From Selaginella moellendorffii (Eukaryota > Plantae > Lycopodiophyta), in NCBI RefSeq assembly GCF_000143415.4, contig NW_003314311.1:814769-878768 (forward strand): a stretch of DNA of 64,000 bases, read 5' to 3'. The notes under the pieces are model-generated. The model searched no databases and was not told the origin of the DNA. It saw only the letters and a program-made list of their open reading frames with translations. Shown here in pieces: positions 37,976 to 49,282 of the stretch. A program made the translations under genes and the position numbers. Positions within the stretch are counted from its first letter, which is position 1, and every line of letters starts with the position of its first letter.

Positions 37976-38978
37976 TGTCAAGGGGCTAGAGTATGCCCAC
38001 AACTGAGAAAAAGTCAAGATCATGGATTTCCCTTTGTTTTAGACTAAATATGATTAATTAGTGGGGGTTTAGCATTAATTCTAGGGTTGTGACCCTTGGA
38101 GTAATTTTCCATCATGAGAAATGGAGACTATTGTATCAAGTGTGAGATAAAATAAAAAATTTTGGCGGGAAGCAAAGAGCAAATAGGTCGTGTGATGAAA
38201 AGCAATAATAGCACTGCTGAGGGGGCTGGTGCTAAGAAGAACAAAACATTAAATGGCTGTAGTGACAATTAACACTAGAGTGTAAGGAAACTCAAGTTTC
38301 TAGGTAGTAATGGTTTTTCTATGCTCACTCATCTTAGTATTCGTGGAGTTTCCCTCCACATTTCTAGTGCACTACTTGGAAATGAACAGTGTGCATAGAG
38401 AGTAGGAGAAGAATAAGTGTCAAACCTTCCCCAAGATTTTGTTCTGGTGTGGAAGATATTAAATAATGAGAAGAGAGGAAACACTGAAGAGAAAATCAGA
38501 CTACTCCTACATAAAGTTAGCAAAAAGAAAAAGGAGGCATAAATCTTAAAACACCAAGTTTATTCAAGAGGTTTTGAAGTATGAGATGCTCTTGGATAGA
38601 GCATATACATTGCCAGGATGATGTCAAGGGGCTAAAGTGTGCCCACAACCGAGATAAAGTCAAAATCATGGATTTCCCTTTGTTTTTGACTAAGTGTAAT
38701 TAATTAGTGGGTGATTAGCAATAATCTTAGGGTGGAGCAGTTTTCATGAGGGATAGAAACCATTGTATCAAGTGTGTGAGATAAAATACCAAAAAGGGCT
38801 TTAGCAAGAAATAAAGAGTAAATGGGTGGTGTGATGGAAAGCAATGACAGTACTAAGGATGAACCTTAAAACAACCATAATGACAATTAGTATCAGAGTG
38901 TAAGAAAGCTCAAGTCTTTAGGCAGAAATGGTTTTCTTATACTCACTCCTTTTAGTGTTTGTGGAGTTTCCTTCCACA
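37976..38978 (+). mobile_element. TRIM-like miniature LTR retroelement
   Basis: Direct repeats TGTCAAGGGGCT...TCCACA at 37976-38360 and 38622-38978 around a 261-bp non-coding interior. Flanks GAATC/TAATC; PBS-like TAGTGCACTACTTGGAAAT at 38365-38383. Confidence 0.75.
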
Positions 38979-39874
38979 TAATCTCTCACTTAGGGAAAAT
39001 TCACCCCTCCTTTTTCAGATTTTAAGCTTGCCCTACTTGCTTACACCACCCTTTTTTAGGCATATTTTTCCTTAGCACTCACTAGAGATGGTTATTTTTC
39101 CTTAGGAGCACTCCACTTTAGCAATATCAACTTATCTCCACTTATAAGGTTTTGTAAAAAATTCACCCAGTATTGAATATCAAATTTGCTAATGACCATT
39201 TTTGTACATTTAACTCTTTAAGAAGATGCTGCAATAGTATTGAGGTAAAGAAACTCACATTCCAGAAATTAATTCTCTCTCTATATACATGAATCATCAC
39301 ACAATTCCTCTAATACCAAAAATGCAAACTGATTTACTTATCATTCAAACTATGTGGTGTGGAATACCCAACATGTCAGGCTGACAATGCTTCCTTGATT
39401 TCTTACTAACATAGTCTAATTACTCTTTCCTTGCTAATGGCAGCCTCATAACATGAAATAAGCATGTTTACTTAACCCAACATCAGAACACATTGTAGTA
39501 GCTTGCATCCACAAAAGAACCCACATCCACAGAATGAATATAAGCACATTTGCATCTAAGCCATACTCAATATGCTCATAAACAACAAAATAAACACTCA
39601 TTTCAAGCAATGTTGGTAAATATAAATCTTTATAGGATGCGGTGGGGTATAACTCTCACTCCCCATTGCTTCCCACTCTTATCCTCCATCTTTGAGATTT
39701 TTGGGATCTTTGAATTTTTTACACATCTATTGTAGCTTATATTCATATCTCACCCTATCTACTATGTTTTTCAATTGTTCATGAGTTTATATAGTACAAG
39801 CTAGAGGAAATTTAAAAGTTTCAAACTATTTTTAAATATTATATTTATAAATGGAAATGCATATACAAACACAC

Positions 39875-39878
<4 letters not shown>

Positions 39879-39918
<40 letters not shown>
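39879..39918. repeat. (TA)n microsatellite
   Basis: Directly visible. Confidence 0.95.
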
Positions 39919-39920
<2 letters not shown>

Positions 39921-41023
39921 CCAACACAGTAAACTATTATATATTAAAATTTCAATTCACTTTTATAGAGTATTTGAAAAAGATGTTAATTTGCAAGTTG
40001 GTAATATAACTTATATTGGATTATTAATTGAATATGTATTTATACTTAGACCCAAACAAGCTGCTATAAAATGGAAATGTTTGTATACAAGAAGATAAGG
40101 TAATTTTGTTGGTCTTTATAAAAGAATTTAGATATAAAAATGGAGAATTTATCCATATAAAAACGCTCTAAATAAAGTAGTAATACCCACCAAACTTGAG
40201 TCAAAACAATAAAAATAATAATAAAAAAACTATCTTGCCAGATAGTGCTGCCTCAGCTGCATACATGGATACTGCTAGTGGGGTGGATCAGATGCATAAC
40301 TCTTTTTAAAAAAATGTTTCCTGAGATTACATAATCAATGTTTGTATCTGCTTCATCATGGACAATTCCTTTGGAAAAAACTTGTATTTTCAATAATTAC
40401 CAGCAATTCATTTATTTATATTTATACATGATAATTTCATTAAGACTAGCTACGTTTAATATTTATTTTTAGTCGGTTTTCCTTAAATATTCCTTTTAGT
40501 ATTCCTTAAAAAATGTGGATTACATTCAAAAATTGAAAATAAAAGTCGACAAAAAAGTTTTATAATTCTTTAGAAAATGTCTGGAGGAGTTAACTTCTAG
40601 TCTGCCAAGCTGCCTAATTGACAACCTTTGGAGACGGGAAAAAACTATCAAGGTCATTGATCAAGGTTGGCTGCCTGAGAATCAAAGTTTTAGTATAAAG
40701 GTACTTGACAAATACAGCCCGTTTGGAATCATTGGTTTTTTCTAGAACTGTGCATTCCACCTTTCAGCCAAGCTATTGATGCCCATCCAGCACTGTTTCT
40801 CCGAGGAGAGGTTTCAGGTTGGCCGGTGCATTTGGCCGTCATCATTCGAAGCAGATCCCCAGTTGGTCTGCGAAGCATGAAAGAAGAACTTCATCCCCAG
40901 AAAAGTGGCCATTAGTCGTAGCTCGATCTGCGAAAATCAAAACTCAAGACAGTGTTTTCGATGGGATAATACCTGTGTTACGATTTGATGTTCTTTCCAA
41001 AACTGCCATTAACTGAGTGTCAA

Positions 41024-41230
41024 GAGATTCTTGATCACTCTAATAGTCGCGCATGGGGCCGTGTTGATCCGCGCGGAAGCAGTCTCTAGCGTTTCGCTGT
41101 CAGAGAGCGTCCCCTTCTCCTCGCTAGAAATCGTACTGCTGGTGTGGTTCAGGAACGTAGCCTTACTCCTTCATTTTTAGCACAAGGCTGCCTGGGCTTC
41201 GCCTGAATCTCGATGATTCTGAGAGGTGTT
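41024..41230 (-). pseudogene. PPR E/DYW-domain remnant
   Basis: Minus strand GYVPE...EEKGTLSDSETLETASARINTAPCATIRVIKNL matches the DYW start (GYVPD...EEKE..L..HSEKLA...IRV.KNL). The catalytic H is lost and the CxxC/DYW end is absent. Confidence 0.65.
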
Positions 41231-41534
41231 ATGCAGGAAGAAAACTTGAAATTTGATGAGCACAAAAATTTTAATACATTTGTGGCCGCCTGCTTCTCGC
41301 TCTCTCGCTCTCTCTCAAGGAGAATCGCCAAAAGAACATTTCATTCACACACTTACAAGAAACATCTTATTCGATCTCACTAAAGGAAGATGAGACATCC
41401 AGAACGAAAAGCAGAAGAAAACCACACAAGCAAACGAATAAAGGAAGATTACGACTCCCATCAAATTTGGAATTTCAAGAGAGGTTTGAGAGATGCTTTG
41501 TTTCGTGTTGACCAGGTAGGTGGAATTTCAAACT

Positions 41535-42010
41535 CTCTGCACACTTGCTCATTGAAAATTACTTACTGACCATGTATTGTCTATGCCCATGTGCAAACTA
41601 GTATATCGCTACAATTTTATGCCAATGCCAAACGATGAAATTGAGGTTGCTTTCGATCCTGCAATGACGACGTGAAATGCTGCTAAGTTCCATCCATGAG
41701 AAAAAATAGATTGAAAAGCACTAGAAAGAAATTTTTACTTTCGAGTTGTGATGATAAAAAGTTGTAGCATCACCTTCGGGACAACTCCACCTAGAAATTT
41801 CTTTTAGACCAGCGAACAACACACAGTCACTCCCCTTTCATATGTCTGATGACTGCAAAAGGCTTTGAGAGGCAATGAGCCGGAAGAAAACGCAGAGTTC
41901 GATTATAGAAATGGAGCAATGTTATCTCGATATAATGTGAAAGAAAAACAAATACTGTGCTCCCAGATCGAATGCCGCCAGCTCGCAAAAGATCGAATAG
42001 ATAAACCCTT
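41535..42010 (-). pseudogene. Gapped copy of the 5' genomic region (exons and introns) of the local MSH4 gene
   Basis: Collinear matches to 52030-52935, e.g. GCTCATTGAAAAT, TGCCAAACGATGAAA, TTCGGGACA.CTCCACC, CTGCAAAAGGCTTTGAGAG, GATTATAGAAATGGAGCA, CAGATCGAATGCCGCCAG and GATAAACCCT. Confidence 0.85.
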
Positions 42011-42014
42011 TGTT

Positions 42015-42250
42015 CACTGCAGGGCGGAAGGTGTTGAGTATCTAGTAAATTGCCGCAGTAGAAATCTTTTGTTGCCGCTGTTGATAATCTGGCTAGGAGT
42101 AACATATCTGTGAGCAGAGAGAAAAAGAAAGAGGACTTTGCTTGAGCTTTACTGGACAGATGCCATTTGCCTTGGGATCGATGGATTGGTCGAAGTATAA
42201 GAGTTACAGTTTAAACCCAATTTATTGTTAAAACCCTGCAAATCGAAGCG
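42015..42250 (-). pseudogene. Gapped copy of the CLE gene 5' region and promoter, lacking the CLE motif
   Basis: 42058-42157 matches 34652-34750 (GTAGAAATCTT.TGTTGCCGCTG...ATCTGTGAGCAGAGA...GGACTTTGCT.GAGCTTTAC.GGA); 42161-42250 matches 34841-34975. Confidence 0.85.
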
Positions 42251-42307
42251 TCCCCTACACTAAGCTTCGATCTGCCACCAGCAGTGACAAGACAAGGAAG
42301 TGATGAC

Positions 42308-42510
42308 GGGTTATAAACCCCAAACTCTTGATATTTCGTCTCAAGAATTTTTCTTTCCAGGATCTCAACGCAATGGCTTTCTTCGCAGCGTTCGCGCTCT
42401 TGCTCCTAGTCATTGACTCGGGGGCTCACCATCTTTTCTTCTGTGATAGTCACAGAGCGGCCGCGGCATCCTCTGCTCGGATCAAGTGCTCTAATCCAGG
42501 CCTGCGATTT
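42308..42510 (+). pseudogene. Second, inverted CLE-derived remnant (signal peptide kept, CLE motif deleted)
   Basis: GATCTCAACGCAATGGC...TCGCGCTCTTGCTCCTAGTCATTGACTCG parallels the CLE start. ATCCTCTGC-TCGGATCA parallels the CLE end with the dodecapeptide region missing. ORF MAFFAAFALLLLVIDS... Confidence 0.55.
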
Positions 42511-43250
42511 ACACCAGATCTTCGGGAGCGGATTGACTCGTTCCTGTCGATTTCCCAGACCGGTGGATCTAGGGCTAACTTTTGAAATTTAAGGTATAGA
42601 AACAATATTCTACAAATATTTCAAGGATATTTCTAAATCTAACGGTTGAAATATAAATCCTTTTTAGTAGAATATGCCTTTAGTTAACAACACTAGACAA
42701 TGTAAAGCTCATTCTCCGTCCTGTTGTGATGAGCAGGCGATCTTGGAGCACACTCTCAAAGGAGAAATCGTCAGACGAACGAGAAGATCCTGATTGCTAA
42801 CATCATCAAAGATTGCAAGTATAGTAGCCTGGAACACGGGGGGATGCTGATCGAAATTCGCTACACGTTCGTCGAGCTGCTGAAGAACTGTGTATTGCTC
42901 TAGCCTCCGCTCAGCTCAGTTACTTTCCTTGTCATGAAGGTGAAAGTGAGATCCAGGAGCTTGGACGCAAGCTTCCTTTCTCGATGCCCCAAAACGCTTA
43001 TGTTCCTAGATACCACGATTTTGTAAGCTGCGTAATAAAATAAGCGAAGGAAGACAAACTCCCTGGAGAACGCCCGATCTGAATAAACACCTGATCAGAG
43101 GACCTTCGAAAAGAAGATATGTATTCCAACGTAGAAATCCTTTACGCGAAAGAGACCGAAAGGCTGAAACACACTTTTGCTTGAGCAAAGCAAAAGGAAA
43201 ATGAAACCTCGGTCAGAAAAAACACGAAAAAAAACCGCGAGTCTAAGAGG

Positions 43251-44056
43251 TCAGCTCAGGGAGGGTGAGGGTGACGCGCGAAGATCCAACATGCTCTCGA
43301 TATCGGCAAGAACGCCGTGGCACTCGGTGTCTCTGCCAACAGCACGGAGCTCGTCGTGGAAGGACGAGAGGTGGAGGAGCCTTGCAAAACTGAAGAAATG
43401 TGAGTGATACAAGAAAGGAAAAAAAAAAAGAAAAGAAACGAAAGACTCACTGATCGAGATGAAGCTGGATAGGCTTCTCATTCTGGGAGAGGATGAACTT
43501 TATCTGAAGCCATATGAGAAAGTTCGGAGCTTCTTCCTTGAATTTCTGCCTCGCGATGCAGACGAACCTCTGAGAAGATAGAAATGAGAAGTAATGAGAG
43601 GAACGAGAAGTAAGATACCAACCTTGAAGAGTGTTGCGACTGGCTCTCGTATCCTCAGCCGCGCCTCGCAATCCATCGCGGATGCGTCGACGTTTCAATC
43701 CCGGCGGTAGTGGCGGCGGCGGGGACTCCACAGGCGGTGGTGGAGGAGATGGCGGGGGCGGTGGCGGAGATGGCGGCGGCGGTGGTGGAGATGGCGACGG
43801 CGGTGCTGGCGGTGGCGCTAAAAGACGAAAGATCGAGAAAGCCGAGAAAGATGGGAAGATCTTTGAGAAAGAATGACGGATCTTTGAGAAAGAAAGCAAG
43901 CTGGGCGGGCAAGGTTCTTACCTGAGAGGAAAACAAGTGGATCGTTCTTGTTCTCCTTCTCCTCCGCCACAGCGTGGATCGGCTTCACAAACGCGCGAGG
44001 AATCACCGTAAAGTTGTCTTCCCCGACGAGCTCAACCACCGAAACGGACCACATTG
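43251..44056 (-). CDS. Putative multi-exon gene, proline-rich protein of unknown function
   Basis: GC-rich exon-like blocks (~44056-43922, 43818-43623, 43569-43451, ~43390-43251) with GT-AG boundaries and T-rich introns, and an SPPPP-rich segment. Start uncertain. Confidence 0.45.
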
Positions 44057-46678
44057 CAACGTACACAACCAGAGAAGAAAAGATCACTGCAAAGAGGATG
44101 GCAGGCTCTCGCCTCTCTCTTCCCCAAAAACCCCAATCTTAAAACGATTAGCACTTTATATACGTACTTGAAACATCAAATGAAGGAAACAATAAAACTA
44201 TTGCAATCTTGGCTTTAACTATCTTTATTTTGATTTGGTAAAAACAATAAATATTTATAAATATAGAAAATATTATCTATGAATATATATAATATTTTAT
44301 TTTTGCTACTTTGCATTGCAAATGAATGAGAATGGTGTGCTAGAGAATGAGTGTCCAGGCAACAAATACTATGGAAATTTCGTCAATATTAGTGCTATAA
44401 AATGATAGAAACATGATTTTGCTGGAACTTTTGCATAAAAATATGATCATTTAAAATCCTTATATAATAGTCTAGTGGAGATACCTAGAATATCTAGTAT
44501 ATTTTGATATAATTTGTAAATTATCTCCAAATATATTAATATATTCATGATCTAATGTGTTGTATGTAATTAGATTAAACCTATATTTATACTTATAAAC
44601 ATGTTTATTAATTTTTAAACTTTCTAAACTTGAAGTGAATTAATTTAGTGTTCATTTTCATTGGGGAAGGGTGGGGGTTGGGATGACCATCTGCTCATAT
44701 CAAGCAAAAGTCCTCCCTACACTCACTACCCACATTTATAATACAATTTGCTATGGGAGCACCAAGGAATATAGAATGGTAATAAGAAGTGGAATCATTT
44801 CCAGAAGTTTTTATTGCCTTGTGTCAAAGGCAAAGATTGACAAAGGGAGCAAATAAGCTTAATTGAATAATTATAATAGTAAGACAATAAACTAAATGAG
44901 AATGGATTTGCCACTTTGGGTACTTGGAATTTAGTAATATAAATTTGTTCTTCTTCAAGGGTGTAAGTTATATAATAGTCCTTTTCATATTCATTCACAT
45001 AATTCATTTTTTGTTAGTAAATTTTTGACTTGCATAGTTATCCCATTTCTAAAACGCTTAGCATATGGCAGCTTATTTATGGTAACAAGTTTGAATATGA
45101 CCAAACCTAACACCATTTAGAACCTTATTGCAAGTTATTTATAATGTAATAGTATGAAGTTTTTTTATTTGTTTTGGATTGTAATTTCTTTTAAGAGCGT
45201 AAGTCAGACATAAAACTTTAAGCAATCAAAAAGAATAATTCAAAAGATTCAAATATAAAAAGAAATAGCCTATGAATAGAAGTGTACCCCCTTTTCTAAT
45301 CAGTTGAAAATTTTGGGATATTTAGGGTTAACCATCTTTGGGTTTTAATAGTTCTAAGTTAAATGATTTTTTGGGAAGTCTAAATTCAAGAGCTTACATT
45401 TGTATCAAGAAAATTTCGGGTCTAACTCTATTAGTTGGCTAAAAGAATCATATTACATATTGAGATTGACATTTAATAATCAAATTTACTCTGGCTAGGC
45501 TCAACCTGAGAGGTAGAGTGTTAAGAAAATGAGGATATTGAAAGAGATGTAGCTCTTAACTTTCATTCACAATGATGTAAATTTATAGGGAAGCATAGTA
45601 GATTATAAGCAATAAAAGATAATGACTCGATAGACAATATGTAAGGGTTCAAATACAAAAGGAAAAAGCCTATAAACAAAAATGCATTATTATTTAAACC
45701 TAACTTAACTCTAAGTATCCCAAGATTTAAAAAAAAGAGCAACTTAAAATCTTCTATGTTCTTTAGGAATTAATACCTCTTCTTTCAAAAAGTATGAATC
45801 TTATGTATGGCATAAACTCTTCACCTTGGGTTAAATGATTTCTTGGGAAGTCCAAATTTAAAAGATTACAAGAGCTAAGATACAACCAAGAGACTTCTTA
45901 AAGTTATATGTGGCAATATAGATTAGAATTTTATTGTTTATGTTCCCTTTATTTATGTTTTATTGCATTCTTCTGTAAAAGAGAGATAGCCTATGTTGTG
46001 ATGGTAGGCTATAAGAGTTCATTAGTCATGATACATGGTCATTCTACTACCATGATTGCAAACTTTATGTGGATCATAACTTTTATATATACTTTTTTAT
46101 TCATCTATGAAATCATATCCTCACATGTGGGCATCCCTGCTGCATAAAGCTTCTTCCATGGCACACCCACTCTCCTCCATCTTGCAGCAGCAAAAGTCTC
46201 ATTAATCAAACACTAAAACCCTAAATCTTGTTGATGTATTAAAAATTAAGTGATGTATTAATTGGCTGACATGGCAATGGTGAGATACATGGAAATGGCA
46301 TACCATGCAAAATTGGTGCTCACCCATGGCCATCAAGTTGAAGTGATATTATTTGGATTAATGGAATAGTACAAAGTGTTTACACAAGTAAATTTGAACA
46401 TTTAGAATCAAATTTAATAATAATAATGATAAATATATGTAAAGAGTATAAAATATATAAAAAATAAGTTACAAAATTAAAAATAGCACCATAATATTAG
46501 ATAGATAATTGTCATAAAAAACATAAACAAGAAAACCAACAGTAAATTTTAAATTTTAAATCTTTACTGTTATTAATGTACTACCTTACACTGTTATTTA
46601 CCTTTGTATCTATAAACTACACTTGCAACTAGATAATTAGTTGATGGACCTTTAAAAATTTTTTTGTGAAGGAATTAT

Positions 46679-46695
46679 ATATTATTATTATTATT

Positions 46696-46728
<33 letters not shown>

Positions 46729-46752
46729 GGTGTTGTTGTTGTTGTTGTTGTG
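46679..46752. repeat. Compound (ATT)n(GTT)n microsatellite
   Basis: Directly visible. Confidence 0.9.
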
Positions 46753-47959
46753 TAGCATACAAAAGCTATAACAATAAATAATTAGGATTTAATTATATTA
46801 ATATGGGTATAAACTGTTATCTTCAATCCTAGAGTGGATGAGATATATGACTATATGTGTGTATGCAATGTTGTTTACTATGTTTTACAATATATTTGTA
46901 TTAGTTTTCCATCATTTAAAAACTTTAAAATCTCAAAATTATTTTACAACCATAATGAATTCCTGTATATAGTTGTATAAATTATTATTATGGGTGTATG
47001 ATATTTAAATTATAGTTTTTATCTGTAATAATTTATCATTACAATTATTAGAGGCTTTAACTTTGAGAAAGCATACGATCAAATGGTTTGGAAAGAATGT
47101 TTAATATTATGACACATAATAATATGTGAATAGAGTCAAAATTAATAAACTTATTACAACTTGGAATATACAAAAGAATGAGTAATATTTGAAATTTTAA
47201 AATTTCAAAATCAGTTTTATTTATAAGACTTTAATAATAAACTGTAGGATCCAAATATGCCATTTATTGTTATTAGTTCTATCCTTTAAGATAACTATGA
47301 TGCTGTATATTATTATTATTCTCACTCTTGTATATAAATTATGTTTGGGGCGCATTCATGCTCTCACAAAACTTTTATAAGAACAGCTTTTAGGGATGCT
47401 CTTATTTGTTTTTAAGAAAAGAAAAGATATCCAGGGCATTCATAATGCAGCTCCAAGCATAAGTAAACCAGAGAGCATAGAGAACTGCCCATCTTGATGG
47501 GAGCCTTTATTATGGAAAAGTTTTTATTATTATATTAAATATTTTTTTTTTTATCTGGCATCTAAAGCTGCTGGATGGTTGGCTTTCAAGTCCATCCTTG
47601 GGGATTTTGCTCACTGGAAGATGGTCCTGTTAGGGCGTGGCCACCAAGAGAGTGAGAGAGAGAGAAGGAATATTCTGGTCCTCAGAATATCCCCATCTTC
47701 CTTGTATAAAACCCTTGCCTCACAAAGGCAAAAGAGGCATTTTGCAAAGAGCATTGAAGCATTTCTCATGTTTGAGCGAGCATTGAGGGAGCGTCTCCCA
47801 ACAGTCCTTATTTCTGGAAATGTAGATCACCACAGAACAACTAATAATGATATCCTATGTCGAATCAGAGAGGGGTTGGGAATTGAGAGGGGAGAAACTA
47901 TCGTGGCTCGAGGGCGGCTACCAGTTCTGCTAATTTTTACATTTTGGAGATAAAGTTGA

Positions 47960-48212
47960 GAGATGCTTGATCAGGTGCTCTAGATGGAGTGGAGGTGGAA
48001 TTGAGCTCTTTGCACGCTTCTTGAAACAGCAGTGCGCACAGCTCATTAAAAATTAATGTTGCAAACTAGCAATATGATCCATGTCACTACAATTTTCCAC
48101 CAATCCTCGTGACAAAGTAACATGGTGTTAATACTGAGGCTTTGCATTGGCAAGTTCCATCCATGGGACTAGAAAGAAACTTCTCGTATATTGCATCATC
48201 ACCTTCGGGACA
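47960..48212 (-). pseudogene. Second, more deleted MSH4 5'-region fragment (paralogous to 41490-41785)
   Basis: AGTGCG.ACAGCTCATT, TCACTACAATTT, GGTGTTAATACT, GCATTGGCAAGTTC.ATCCATG and CATCACCTTCGGGACA match 52058-52500 and 41490-41785. Confidence 0.75.
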
Positions 48213-48315
48213 TGGCCAGAAGCCCAGAATGATATGATCTTACAATTATTCCAGATAATTAAGGTAAGGCTTATATAAATCAGGGTAGCACTTTACAAAT
48301 TTAGGGTTTAGGGTG

Positions 48316-49266
48316 ATGGGTACGCAATTGCGCGTTATGAGGAGAATTATCTCAAGAATGACTGCTTCACTTGCAATTGAACAAAGCACTTCCTCCAGTG
48401 GAACTGAACAGGTGGCCTCAATTGAAAAGGGGGCGTCTTCCAGTGGAACTAAGCAAGATCAGTCACAGGGCCCACGAAGGATGATAAAGCTCCCTTACGA
48501 GATACTAGGACATTTAGCTCTTCCGCATCCAACACAGGACCCTAGGGACGAGTGGAATGTTATATGTTGCATGGAGGGGTTTGTGATCATGTATTGCAGA
48601 AAGCTTGGAAAATCCCATTTGTTCAACCTTTGCAAAAGGATTGATCATCCAATCACTTGGGTCACCAACTTTCCGAGCAATCCACAGATGGTGTATTTTA
48701 AGGATAACATCTACACTGCAGCTGATTTCAAGATACAAAAGTATAATCTGCGCTTGAACAAATGGAGTTTGCAACAAAGATTTCCTTTGGGTTGCCAATT
48801 GGAGAGACTGCTCGTGTTACAAGATAGGATCGTTGGGGCTTTTAAGCGCGAAATCAAAACCAATTCATTGGATCCTTTATCATACGAGATCAAAACATTG
48901 ACGCTAGAATGGAGATTTCTGGATTTGGACTACAATGGTGTATATAAGAAAGGGTGGAGACAACCTTTTGCAAAGTATTTCATTGAGGATGGTATGATGC
49001 CAGCCATGGCAACTTTGAATAAGGTTGCGTTGGTGATAATGAAATGGTGTCCGGAGAGCAACGCAAGTTGGCTTTACTTTTGGAACGAAGACAAGTTAGA
49101 ATGGCAATTTTTGGATGGAAAGCTAAAAGGAGGGCCAATAAGCGAATTGGTTGTAGTTGGAGGTGATCAGCTAGAAGCATACAATTCTTACGGAAGCTTG
49201 GTTTCAAGGTGTAGAGTATATTGGGCTAACAATGGTCATGTAAAAAGTGTGAAATGGGCGGGTTAG
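48316..49266 (+). CDS. Intronless ~316-aa protein of unknown function, possible divergent kelch/beta-propeller
   Basis: Uninterrupted ORF with beta-strand-like, W-terminated segments (VYFKDNIYTAA...IQKYNLRLNKWS; YFWNEDKLEWQ). TATA-like TATATAAA at ~48272. Confidence 0.6.
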   Translation: MGTQLRVMRRIISRMTASLAIEQSTSSSGTEQVASIEKGASSSGTKQDQSQGPRRMIKLPYEILGHLALPHPTQDPRDEWNVICCMEGFVIMYCRKLGKSHLFNLCKRIDHPITWVTNFPSNPQMVYFKDNIYTAADFKIQKYNLRLNKWSLQQRFPLGCQLERLLVLQDRIVGAFKREIKTNSLDPLSYEIKTLTLEWRFLDLDYNGVYKKGWRQPFAKYFIEDGMMPAMATLNKVALVIMKWCPESNASWLYFWNEDKLEWQFLDGKLKGGPISELVVVGGDQLEAYNSYGSLVSRCRVYWANNGHVKSVKWAG

Positions 49267-49282
49267 TACATTTGTAATTTTT

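Noticed and set aside
42825-42840. TAGCCTGGAAC resembling the 5' half of a recalled lycophyte/conifer miRNA
   Set aside because: Only about 11 nt match from memory, and there is no convincing complementary arm.
46679-46752. (GTT)n as a possible RTE-LINE tail
   Set aside because: No upstream RT similarity or TSD seen.
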